Source: Polyangiales bacterium (GTDB lineage: Bacteria > Myxococcota_A > Polyangia > Polyangiales > Houyiibacteriaceae). From it: a stretch of 64,000 bases of DNA. Shown here in pieces: positions 1 to 8,195 of the stretch (the stretch's first letter is position 1; every line of letters begins with the position of its first letter). The stretch spans positions 1-64,000 of the forward strand of contig JAXLYX010000019.1 of the NCBI GenBank assembly GCA_046351215.1, in the 5' to 3' direction. The notes under the pieces were generated by a model, which was given only the letters and a program-made list of their open reading frames with translations, ran no database searches and was not told where the DNA came from. A program made the position numbers and the translations under genes.

Positions 1-2011
1 CGCCGCGATCCCGGCGGCCTTCGAGTCGGACGAGTACCGGACGCGCCGCGAGGCGATCGAGGCCCCGTTCAAGGACCGGGGCGAGACGGCCGTCGACTCC
101 GTGGCCACGCTGGCGGCCGCGCGCTCGATCGCGTTCGAGGAGACCGACACCGGCTTCCAGATCCAGGCGATGAAGGACGGCGAGAAGCTCTCGGACGAGG
201 AGGCCGAGAAGCTCCCCGAGGCCGAGAAGCAGCGGCTCGACGAGGCCATGGACGAGGTGGGGGCCCAGATCGAGAAGCTCTTCGACGAGGTGCCGCGCTG
301 GCAGAAGGACCTCCGCGACGCCGTGCGCGTGCTCGACCGGCAGACGGTGAAGACCGTCGTCGACCACCACATCGAGGACGTCCGCCGCCACCACGACGAT
401 CTGCCCGAGGTGAAGGCCTTCCTCGACCGCGTGTACCAGGACCTGCTCGAGGAGCTGCCCGACGTCGTCGGGGCCGCGGCCGCGCCCTCCGAGGGAGGGC
501 CGTCCGAGCCCGAGGCCCAGGTCCTCTCGCGATGCCGGATCAACGTGCTCGTCGAGCACGGGGGCAAGACGGGCGCGCCCGTCGTCGTCGAGGACCATCC
601 GACGATCTCGAACCTCTTCGGTCGCATCGAGCACGTCTCGCGGCAGGGCGCCCTCTCGACCGACTTCGCGCTGATCAAGGCCGGCTCCCTCCACCGCGCG
701 AGCGGGGGCTACCTCATCGTCGACGTCGAGAAGCTGATCGAGACCCCGAACGCCTGGGACCAGCTCAAGCGCGCCTTCCGTGCCCAGGAGGTGCGGATGG
801 AGATCCCGGACGAGATCTTCCTCGCCCAGGGAGGCGCCGTCTCGCTCACGCCGGAGCCGATCCCCTTCGACGTGAAGATCGTCTTCGTCGGCGAGCGCGC
901 GACCTACTACGTCATGGCCGAGCTCGATCGCGAGCTCGACGAGCACGTGAAGGTCATCGCGGACTTCGAGGACGACGTGCCCCGCACGGCGGAGACCGAG
1001 CTCGCCTACGCGCGCCTCTGCGCGAAGCTCATCAAGCAGAAGTCGCTCCGGCCCTTCGATCGGACCGCGGTGGCGCGGGCCGTCGAGCGCGCGGCCGAGC
1101 GGGCGGAGGACGCCTACCGGCTCACCACGAACCTGAGGTGGCTCGCGGACCTGCTCGTCGAAGCCGACCACCACGCCGAGCTCGCGGGTCGGGACGTCGT
1201 CGTCCGCGCCGACGTCGAAGCCGCGCTCGAGGGGCGCGCGAGCCGTGCAGGCCGCCTCCGGGCGATCTCGCTCGAGCAGGTCCGGAACGGGATCGTGACG
1301 CTCGACGTGAACGGATCGATCGTCGGGCAGATCAACGCGCTCGCCGTCATCTCGCTCGGCGACTTCGCGTTCGGCCGCGCGTCGCGGGTCACCTGCCGCG
1401 TGCGCGTCGGTCGCGGCCAGGTGGTCGACATCGATCGCGAGGTCGCGCTCACCGGTCCGATCCACTCGAAGGGCGTGCTGATCCTCCAGGGCTATCTCGG
1501 TGGGACGTACGGCCACGACCACCCGCTCTCGGTCGCCGCGAGCCTGGTCTTCGAGCAGAACTACGAGGGCATCGAGGGCGACAGCGCGTCGCTGGCCGAG
1601 CTGCTCTGCCTCCTCTCGGCGCTCGCCGACATCCCCGTCCGGCAGCAGATCGCGGTCACCGGCGCCATCGACCAGCGCGGTCGGGTGCAAGCGGTCGGCG
1701 GGCTGAACGAGAAGATCGAGGGCTTCTACGACTCCTGCCGGGAGCTCGGGGGCGTCGACGGACATGCCGTCGCGATCCCGGCCTCGAACGTCCGCCACCT
1801 CATGCTTCGCCCCGACGTCGTCGAGGCCGCCCGGGCCGGTCGCTTCCAGGTCATCCCCGTGACCACGGTGGACGAGGCGATCGAGCTCGTGACCGGCGTC
1901 CCCGCGGGTCGGCCATCCCCCGATGGGCGCTACCCGGACGGCAGCTTCCACGCGCGGGTGGCGACGAGGCTCCGCGGCTTCGCGAAGGCCGGGGGCGGCG
2001 CCTTGGGCTGA
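1..2011 (+). CDS. Lon-like (S16 family) protease, 5'-truncated by the window edge. The frame is open to position 2.
   Basis: C-terminal Lon proteolytic domain motifs: 'EGDSASLAELLCLLSAL' (Ser nucleophile) and 'TGAIDQRGRVQAVGGLNEKIEG' (Lys of the Ser-Lys dyad). No in-frame stop upstream of the GTG at 101, so the gene continues beyond the window. Confidence 0.7.
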   Translation, partial: AAIPAAFESDEYRTRREAIEAPFKDRGETAVDSVATLAAARSIAFEETDTGFQIQAMKDGEKLSDEEAEKLPEAEKQRLDEAMDEVGAQIEKLFDEVPRWQKDLRDAVRVLDRQTVKTVVDHHIEDVRRHHDDLPEVKAFLDRVYQDLLEELPDVVGAAAAPSEGGPSEPEAQVLSRCRINVLVEHGGKTGAPVVVEDHPTISNLFGRIEHVSRQGALSTDFALIKAGSLHRASGGYLIVDVEKLIETPNAWDQLKRAFRAQEVRMEIPDEIFLAQGGAVSLTPEPIPFDVKIVFVGERATYYVMAELDRELDEHVKVIADFEDDVPRTAETELAYARLCAKLIKQKSLRPFDRTAVARAVERAAERAEDAYRLTTNLRWLADLLVEADHHAELAGRDVVVRADVEAALEGRASRAGRLRAISLEQVRNGIVTLDVNGSIVGQINALAVISLGDFAFGRASRVTCRVRVGRGQVVDIDREVALTGPIHSKGVLILQGYLGGTYGHDHPLSVAASLVFEQNYEGIEGDSASLAELLCLLSALADIPVRQQIAVTGAIDQRGRVQAVGGLNEKIEGFYDSCRELGGVDGHAVAIPASNVRHLMLRPDVVEAARAGRFQVIPVTTVDEAIELVTGVPAGRPSPDGRYPDGSFHARVATRLRGFAKAGGGALG

Positions 2012-2063
2012 GGCCCCTCCCCAGGCGCCGGGGGCGTGGTTATCGATCGGGAACGAGGTTCCC

Positions 2064-2486
2064 GTGATCGTCGTCTGTCCGTCCTGCCAATCGAAGGTCC
2101 GAGTGCCCGAGAGCCGTCTCGGGGAGACGTCGCGGTGCGCGCGCTGCAAGGGCTCGCTGACGCCCCTCGAGCGCCCGATCGCCATCGCGAGCGAAGCGGA
2201 GTTCGAGGCGCTCGTCCGCGAGTCGTCGCTGCCCGTGATCGTCGACTTCTGGGCGCCCTGGTGCGGTCCGTGCCGCATGGTCGCGCCCGAGATCGAGAAG
2301 CTCGCGCTGGCGCGCAAGGGGAGGGCGGTCGTCGTGAAGGTGAACACCGACGAGCTCCCGACGCTCGGTCAGCGCCATGCGATCGCGAGCATCCCGACCG
2401 TGGCGGTCTTCCACCACGGCCGGGAGAAGCATCGGATCAGCGGCGCGATGAGCGCGGGCCAGATGGCGAGCGCGCTCGGCCTCTAG
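2064..2486 (+). CDS. trxC: Thioredoxin 2-type thioredoxin with N-terminal zinc-ribbon
   Basis: N-terminal 'CPSCQ...CARCK' double CxxC; 'WAPWCGPCR' thioredoxin active site. GTG start at 2064 preceded by 'GGAACGAGG'. The ORF-track frame starts at 1923, but that N-terminus is low-complexity. Confidence 0.8.
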   Translation: MIVVCPSCQSKVRVPESRLGETSRCARCKGSLTPLERPIAIASEAEFEALVRESSLPVIVDFWAPWCGPCRMVAPEIEKLALARKGRAVVVKVNTDELPTLGQRHAIASIPTVAVFHHGREKHRISGAMSAGQMASALGL

Positions 2487-2492
2487 CCGCGG

Positions 2493-4022
2493 TCAGTGCA
2501 GGACCGCGGGCTTGCGCGCGGCCGTGCTCTCGGGTGACGCCGCCTCGCGGGCGCCGACGCGGACCTTGGCCTTCTCGAACTCCATCACGCCGTCGTCGAC
2601 CGGCCCGTTGCGGAGCTTCACGACGTCGACGAGGTAGTTCATGCCGAGCTTCCAGGGCCACTTCGAGCCCTGGCGCGGCAGGCCGCCGATCGAGCGTTGG
2701 ACGTAGCCGGCGCCGAAGTCGAGGAGCGGGGTGCGCTTCATCGACGCGTCGCGGTTGCGCGGCACGAAGACGTCGTACCCCTTCTCGTCCATGTGATGGA
2801 GGAGCCGGCAGAAGTACTCCGAGACGAGGTCCGCCTTCAGCGTCCACGACGAGTTCGTGTAGCCGATCGTGAAGCAGGAGTTCGGCACGTCGCTCAGCAT
2901 CATGCCCTTGTAGGTCATGGTGTCGGCGAGGCTCACCAGGCGCCCGTCCACCCGGAGCTCGGCGCCGCCCATCATCTGGAGCGTGAAGCCCGTGGCGGAG
3001 ACGATGATGTCCGCCTCGAGCTCCTGGCCCGACGCGAGCTTCACGCCCTTCTCGGTGAACGTCTCGATGGTGTCCGTGACGATCGAGACCTTGCCCTCGC
3101 GGATCGTGCGGAACAGGTCGCCGTCGGGAACGGCGCAGAGCCGCTGATCCCACGGGTTGTACCGGGGCTTGAAGTGCGTATCGATGTCGTAGCCGGGCGG
3201 GAGCTGCTGCTCGAGCATCTTCCGGATGCCCTTCTTCACGAGCTCCGGACGCCGCTGGCTCATCTGGTAGACGGCGAGGTTCAGGAGCACGTTCTTCCAG
3301 CGCGTGATCGAGTAGGCGACCTCCTCGGGGAGGACCTTCCGCATCGCGCCGGCGAGCGGATCCTTGCCCGGCACCGTGACGATGTACGTCGGCGAGCGCT
3401 GGAGCATCGTCACGTGCGCGGCCTCGTCGGCCATCGAGGGCACGAGGGTGACGGCCGTCGCACCGCTGCCGATCACGAGGACCTTCTTGCCGCGGTAGTC
3501 GAGCTTGTCCGGCCAGAACTGCGGGTGGATCAGCTGTCCCTGGTAGCGGGCCATGCCGGGCCAATCGGGCGTGTAGCCCTTGTCGTAGCGGTAGTAGCCG
3601 CTGCAGTTGTAGACGAAGCTCGCCGTGAGCTTCACCCGCTCGCCGGTGTCGGTGCGCTCGGCCTCGACGGTCCAGCGACGGTCGGCCGACGACCAATCCG
3701 CACGCACGACCTTGTGGTGGAAGCGGATCTTCCGATCGATGCCGGCCTCGCGCGCCGTGTCGCGGATGTACTCGAGGATCGTCGGCCCGTCGGCGAGCGC
3801 CTTCTCGCCCGTGTAGGGACGGAAGCGGTAGCCGAGCGTGTACATGTCGGAGTCGGAGCGGATGCCCGGATAGCGGAAGAGATCCCACGTGCCTCCGATC
3901 ACGTCGCGCGCCTCGAGGATGGCGTACGACTTCGTGGGGCAATCGTGCTGGAGCTGATGCGCGGCTCCGATGCCCGAGAGTCCCGCGCCCACGATCAGCA
4001 CGTCGACGTGTTCTTGGCCCAT
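2493..4022 (-). CDS. FAD-dependent flavin-containing / Baeyer-Villiger-type monooxygenase
   Basis: 'VLIVGAGLSGIGAA' FAD dinucleotide fold and a second 'VLVIGSGATAV' NADPH fold. 'FxGxxxHxxxW'-like region 'FRYPGIRSDSDMY'. ATG at 4022 preceded by AAGGAG. Confidence 0.8.
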   Translation of the reverse strand: MGQEHVDVLIVGAGLSGIGAAHQLQHDCPTKSYAILEARDVIGGTWDLFRYPGIRSDSDMYTLGYRFRPYTGEKALADGPTILEYIRDTAREAGIDRKIRFHHKVVRADWSSADRRWTVEAERTDTGERVKLTASFVYNCSGYYRYDKGYTPDWPGMARYQGQLIHPQFWPDKLDYRGKKVLVIGSGATAVTLVPSMADEAAHVTMLQRSPTYIVTVPGKDPLAGAMRKVLPEEVAYSITRWKNVLLNLAVYQMSQRRPELVKKGIRKMLEQQLPPGYDIDTHFKPRYNPWDQRLCAVPDGDLFRTIREGKVSIVTDTIETFTEKGVKLASGQELEADIIVSATGFTLQMMGGAELRVDGRLVSLADTMTYKGMMLSDVPNSCFTIGYTNSSWTLKADLVSEYFCRLLHHMDEKGYDVFVPRNRDASMKRTPLLDFGAGYVQRSIGGLPRQGSKWPWKLGMNYLVDVVKLRNGPVDDGVMEFEKAKVRVGAREAASPESTAARKPAVLH

Positions 4023-4072
4023 CCCCGACTCCTTGGCTGGGTCCCCTCGGGGACCGACCGATTCCTGTGCTA

Positions 4073-4087
4073 TTGACTTATAGTCAA
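4073..4087. promoter_or_regulatory. AT-rich 6-3-6 inverted repeat TTGACT-tat-AGTCAA, about 50 bp upstream of the monooxygenase start. Candidate operator/promoter element.
   Basis: Perfect 6-bp arms in an otherwise about 70% GC region. It sits in the flotillin-terminator / monooxygenase-promoter intergenic space. Confidence 0.3.
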
Positions 4088-4122
4088 CGGCGGCGGGCGT
4101 CAAGGGGGCGGTCCGAGGGCGG

Positions 4123-4156
4123 GGCGGGAAAGGCCGGCCGCCGCACCCGAGGATGC
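4123..4156 (-). terminator. Stem-loop (13-bp perfect inverted repeat GCCGGCCGCCGCA / TGCGGCGGCCGGC, 8-nt loop) immediately downstream of the flotillin stop
   Basis: Perfect inverted repeat seen directly in the sequence 16 bp after the stop codon of the minus-strand flotillin gene. There is no U-tract, but GC-rich genomes often lack one. Confidence 0.45.
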
Positions 4157-4171
4157 GGCGGCCGGCACGGT

Positions 4172-6013
4172 TCAGGCGGCTCGATCGTCACCGTCGGAGG
4201 GGGCCCGGACCTCGGGGATCGGACGGCTCTCCTCCTCGCCGCGGCTCACGGTCGGCTCCTCGACCACCTGGGTCGGGCCCGGCCCCGCGGTGGAGCCGAG
4301 CCGGGCGGCGGCCGCCGTGGCGAGGGTGCCGAGCCCCGCGACGAGCTCCCGCGTGCCGTCTCCGGCCTGCGCGAAGAAGCCGTTCACGACCTCGGCCGCC
4401 GACTGGCCCCGGATCAGCGACTCGGCGATGCGGGCGACGTCGTCGGTCGTTCCGTACAGGTTCGCCTGCATCTTCGTGAAGAGGCTGGCCTGCGCGTTGG
4501 CGACCGCCACCCGGACCTCCTTCTCGGCTTCGATGCGGAGCTTCGCGAGCTCGAACTCCTGGGCGACGCGACCGTGCTGCTCCCGGGCCTCGAGCTCGCG
4601 GCGCACGACGGTGTCGATGCGATCGCGCTCGACCTCGACCTCCGCGCGGCGCACCTCGATCGGGATCATCGCACGGACCTTCTCGCCGCCCGCCCGCAGC
4701 CTCTCGGCCTCGGCGTCCGCTTCGGCGCGCTTGCGCGTGGCCTCGGCCTCCGCGTCGGCCGCGACGCGGCGCGCTTCCGCCTGCTTCGCGAGCGTGTAGG
4801 CCTCGGCGTCCGCGCGGCGCTGCTCACCGACGTACGCCATCTCGGCCTCCGCCTCGGCGGCGAGCACCTTCTGCACCTTGCCTCGCTCGGCGTCCTCGCG
4901 GACGCGGACGGTCTCGACCTGCTGGCGCGCACGCTCGCGCAGCGCCTCCGCCTCGGCGAGGGCCTGCTCCGCAGCCGCACGACGACGCTCGGCCTCCGCG
5001 ATCCGCTCCTGCTTCTCGCGCTCGGCCACCTCGATCGCCTGCTCCTCGGCGCGAGCGGCGATCGCGAGCGCCTGCCGCTTCTCTAGGTCCGCGAGGTCCA
5101 TCTGGCGCCGCGCCGCGATGGTCTCGAGGTGGGCGTCACGGGTGGTCGACGCACGGACCCTCTCCACCTCGGCCCGCTGCCGGGCCTCGGCCTCGTTCTC
5201 CACGCGCTCGAGCTCGAGCACCTGGCTGCGGGCCACGACGTCCTGCTCCTTGCGCACCTTCTCTCCTTCCCGCACGAGGCGGTTCCTCTCCGTGAGGTTC
5301 AGCTGGGTGATCTCGGCGATCTTGCGGCGACCCTGGGCGTCGAAGATGTTGCCGTCCCGGAGGAAGCTCTCGTCGGTCTGGTCGAGGCGAGAGATCGTGA
5401 CCGTCTCGAGCACGAGACCGTTGCTCCGGAGGTCCTCGCCGACGAGACGGACGACCTCGTTCAGGAACTCGTCACGCTCCGAGTTGAGCTCTTCGAGCGT
5501 GCGGCTCGCGGCGGCCGTACGGAGCGCCGAGACCAGCTTGTCCTCGACGAGGGCCTTCACCTCCGGCGAGCGGCTCATGCGGTCGCCGAGCGAGCGAGAG
5601 GCCTGGAGGATGCTCTCGGCGTCCGGCTGCACTCGGACGAAGAACTCCGCGCGGACGTCCGCACGGAGCTTGTCGCTCGTGATGAGGGCGTCCTCGTTCT
5701 CGCGGCAGACCTCGAGCTTGATCGTCTGGAGCGAGACACGTACGAGCTCGTGGACGAACGGCACGACGAGCGCGCCGCCGTCGCGCACGACGCGCGCTCC
5801 TCCGAGGCCCGTCCGGACGAAGGCCTCGTTGGCCTTCGTGCGCTGGAAGAGCTTCGTGATGGTGGCGAGCACGGTCGTGGCGGCGAGCACGAGCGTGCCC
5901 GTGCCGGCGAAGACCGCGGTCTCCGCCGCGCCGAGGGGTTGTCCCACCACACGCGCGATCACGGGCGTCGCGACCAACGCGATACCGAAGAGAGTGGCGA
6001 GCCAGGCTGTCAT
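4172..6013 (-). CDS. Flotillin-like SPFH/band-7 domain protein (YqiK/FloA family) with a long Ala/Glu/Arg-rich coiled-coil region
   Basis: N-terminal TM segment, SPFH domain ('ETVTISRLDQTDESFLRDGNIFDAQGRRKIAEITQ'), then EA-repeat coiled-coil ('AEAEARQRAEVERVRA...'). ATG at 6013 overlaps the NfeD stop (ATGA). The rest of the 1021-aa ORF-track frame upstream is an artefact. Confidence 0.8.
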   Translation of the reverse strand: MTAWLATLFGIALVATPVIARVVGQPLGAAETAVFAGTGTLVLAATTVLATITKLFQRTKANEAFVRTGLGGARVVRDGGALVVPFVHELVRVSLQTIKLEVCRENEDALITSDKLRADVRAEFFVRVQPDAESILQASRSLGDRMSRSPEVKALVEDKLVSALRTAAASRTLEELNSERDEFLNEVVRLVGEDLRSNGLVLETVTISRLDQTDESFLRDGNIFDAQGRRKIAEITQLNLTERNRLVREGEKVRKEQDVVARSQVLELERVENEAEARQRAEVERVRASTTRDAHLETIAARRQMDLADLEKRQALAIAARAEEQAIEVAEREKQERIAEAERRRAAAEQALAEAEALRERARQQVETVRVREDAERGKVQKVLAAEAEAEMAYVGEQRRADAEAYTLAKQAEARRVAADAEAEATRKRAEADAEAERLRAGGEKVRAMIPIEVRRAEVEVERDRIDTVVRRELEAREQHGRVAQEFELAKLRIEAEKEVRVAVANAQASLFTKMQANLYGTTDDVARIAESLIRGQSAAEVVNGFFAQAGDGTRELVAGLGTLATAAAARLGSTAGPGPTQVVEEPTVSRGEEESRPIPEVRAPSDGDDRAA

Positions 6014-6672
6014 CGATGGTTCTCCGTTTCTGGATCGACCGGGGGCGAGAGCGCCTCCGGTGGAAGGGGGACGACGAGGTCGCGGTGCCGGCTCCGGTCG
6101 TGGTCGACCACCAGCACGTGCGCGCCCACGGGCGGCAGCGGCTCCTCGCTCTCGACGGGGACGCGCAGCTCCGTTCCGTCGTCGTGGCGGACGCGGATCA
6201 CGCCTTCCGAGGCCGAGAGACGCAGCACGACCACGCCGACGCGTCCGCGCCGCTCGGAAGGGGACGAAGCGTAGGTCTCGACGCTCGGGATCATGGAGGC
6301 CACGAGTCGGGTGAAGACCGGATTCACGGTCACCGCGAGCACCGATGCGAGGACGACCGACACCCACGCATCGATCGGTCTCGGCAGGAACGACGGGGTC
6401 ACGGTCGCGAGCAACCAGCCGCTCGCGCCGAAGAGGGCCGAGAGGCCGAAGAGACCCACGACCACCGGCACGCGTCCGAGGCCGACGATCGACAGCAGGG
6501 CTGGCAGCGGGGACGAGCCCGCACCGTCCGCGTCGCCGTCGCCGTCGCCGTCGCCATCCGCGTCGCCATCCGCGTCGCCCGTGGCCGCGCCGAGCACCGC
6601 GCCGACGGAGAGGAGGACCGAGGCGGCGAGCGCGATCGCGAAGAGCCATTCGTGCGCACGGAGGGGATGCAT
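6010..6672 (-). CDS. NfeD-like membrane protein (YqiJ family), partner of flotillin
   Basis: Hydrophobic N-terminus 'EWLFAIALAASVLLSVGAVLGAA', OB-fold-like C-terminus, and position immediately upstream of and translationally coupled to flotillin. Contains a (DG/DA) repeat 'DADGDADGDGDGDGDADG'. ATG at 6672 with a GAGGT Shine-Dalgarno sequence. Confidence 0.6.
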   Translation of the reverse strand: MHPLRAHEWLFAIALAASVLLSVGAVLGAATGDADGDADGDGDGDGDADGAGSSPLPALLSIVGLGRVPVVVGLFGLSALFGASGWLLATVTPSFLPRPIDAWVSVVLASVLAVTVNPVFTRLVASMIPSVETYASSPSERRGRVGVVVLRLSASEGVIRVRHDDGTELRVPVESEEPLPPVGAHVLVVDHDRSRHRDLVVPLPPEALSPPVDPETENHR

Positions 6673-6694
6673 GGAGACCTCGACTCCCGACTGA

Positions 6695-6711
6695 GCAAGC
6701 GCGATGCCAAG
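6695..6711 (-). promoter_or_regulatory. Sigma-54 (-24/-12) type promoter for the NfeD-flotillin operon
   Basis: The minus strand reads CTTGGCATCGCGCTTGCTCAG. TGGCAT-N5-TTGCT matches the TGGCAC-N5-TTGCW consensus with exact GG-N10-GC spacing. Lies 20-40 bp upstream of the NfeD start, divergent from a sigma-54 activator gene. Confidence 0.45.
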
Positions 6712-6782
6712 CGATGAGAGCTCTTCGTGTCTGCTGAATCCGCCTAGAGAAGGTCGACGCGCGTTCGATTCGCCTAGGTGGA

Positions 6783-8195
6783 ATGCATCGTCCGATGCAA
6801 GATGCACGGATGCCGCGAGCCGTCCCCCGTTCCGTCGCACGCAGCGTCGAGAGGCTGCTCGGCAATCCACTCGATGTCCCCGCGGACGAGCGGGAGGAAG
6901 CCGTCCGGACGATCTCCCGAGCGTCGCCGTCCGGCCTCTCGGAGTGGGCCGCGGCGCTCGGCGCCGAGCCGGTCGCGCTCGCGGTCGCGGTGTCCGCCAT
7001 CGGAGCCGGCCGGGAGCCCTCCGAGGCCCTCGTGGCCGCGAGGTCGGTCCTCCGCGAGCCGAAGTCCGCGCCGCTCGCCTCCGAGCTCGTGCGGATCGCG
7101 TCCGCGTCGAGCCGGTGCACGTCGGCCCTCGCGGCGATCGCGGGCGAGAGCGACGCGCTCACGGAGCTCCGTCGGGCCACGTGGGGGGCCTGTTTCGGGC
7201 GCTCGATGCTCCACGCCCGCCACGTCGCCCGCGTCATCCGCGATCACGACGTGCTCGTCACCGGGGAGACCGGCACGGGCAAGGAGCTCGTCGCCGAGGC
7301 CATCCTCGCGGGGGCCTTCGGGCCGGTCGACGCGGGGCCTCCGCCGAGGGCGGCGCTCAACGTCGCGGCCGTCCCCGAGACGCTGGTGGAGAGCGAGCTC
7401 TTCGGGCACCGACGCGGGGCGTTCACGGGCGCGACAGCCGATCGCCGCGGTCTGATCCGCTCGGTCGACGGGGGCTGCCTCTTCCTCGACGAGGTCGGCG
7501 AGCTCCCGCCGACCGTGCAGGCGAAGCTCCTCCGCGTCATCGAGACCGACCGAGTCCAGGCGATCGGCTCGGACGTCACGCATGCGGTCGACGTCCGCTT
7601 CGTCGGGGCCACGCACCGGGATCTCCGGGCGGCGATCGAGGCCGGCACGTTCCGCGAGGACCTCTACCAGCGCCTCGCGGGCACCGTCCTCCACGTGCCG
7701 CCGCTGCGCGAGCGCCCCGGGGACGTCGTGGCGATCGGCGAGCGGTTCCTCGAAGAGATCCCCCTCGGTGGTCCCATGGCGGCGGAGATCGCTCGAGTGC
7801 GCCGCTGGCTCCACGGCGACGAAGCCCGCCGCCACGCCTATCCCGGCAACGTCCGCCAGCTCAAGAACGCGCTGCGGAACCTCCTGCTCGGGCTGCCGCA
7901 CGCCCTCTCCGAGGCGCCCGCGTCGCCCGCCCTCCGGGCCTCCTTCGCGGGCGAGGTCGTGCCGGAGCGGATCCGGGGCGGCAGCGCGACGTTGGCCGAG
8001 GTGGAGGCTTGGTACGCGCATCGGGCGCTCGAGGCCTCGCGCGGGAACGTCGCGGCCGCCGCCCGTCTCCTCGGCATCGACCGGACCACCCTCGCCCGCA
8101 AGCAGCGGAGCTTCGCGGGAGCCGGCGTCGGGGGCTCGGAGACGGGCGGAGGGGAGCTCAGGGGACGAGGGAGACCCGGAACCTCCGGCCCTTGA
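6783..8195 (+). CDS. Sigma-54-dependent transcriptional activator (AAA+ enhancer-binding protein with C-terminal Fis-type HTH). N-terminal domain of unknown sensory type.
   Basis: 'VLVTGETGTGKELVA' Walker A, 'GAFTGA' sigma-54 contact motif ('RRGAFTGATAD'), 'GNVRQLKN' sensor II region, C-terminal HTH. The start could be the ATG at 6783, 6795 or 6810. Confidence 0.8.
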   Translation: MHRPMQDARMPRAVPRSVARSVERLLGNPLDVPADEREEAVRTISRASPSGLSEWAAALGAEPVALAVAVSAIGAGREPSEALVAARSVLREPKSAPLASELVRIASASSRCTSALAAIAGESDALTELRRATWGACFGRSMLHARHVARVIRDHDVLVTGETGTGKELVAEAILAGAFGPVDAGPPPRAALNVAAVPETLVESELFGHRRGAFTGATADRRGLIRSVDGGCLFLDEVGELPPTVQAKLLRVIETDRVQAIGSDVTHAVDVRFVGATHRDLRAAIEAGTFREDLYQRLAGTVLHVPPLRERPGDVVAIGERFLEEIPLGGPMAAEIARVRRWLHGDEARRHAYPGNVRQLKNALRNLLLGLPHALSEAPASPALRASFAGEVVPERIRGGSATLAEVEAWYAHRALEASRGNVAAAARLLGIDRTTLARKQRSFAGAGVGGSETGGGELRGRGRPGTSGP

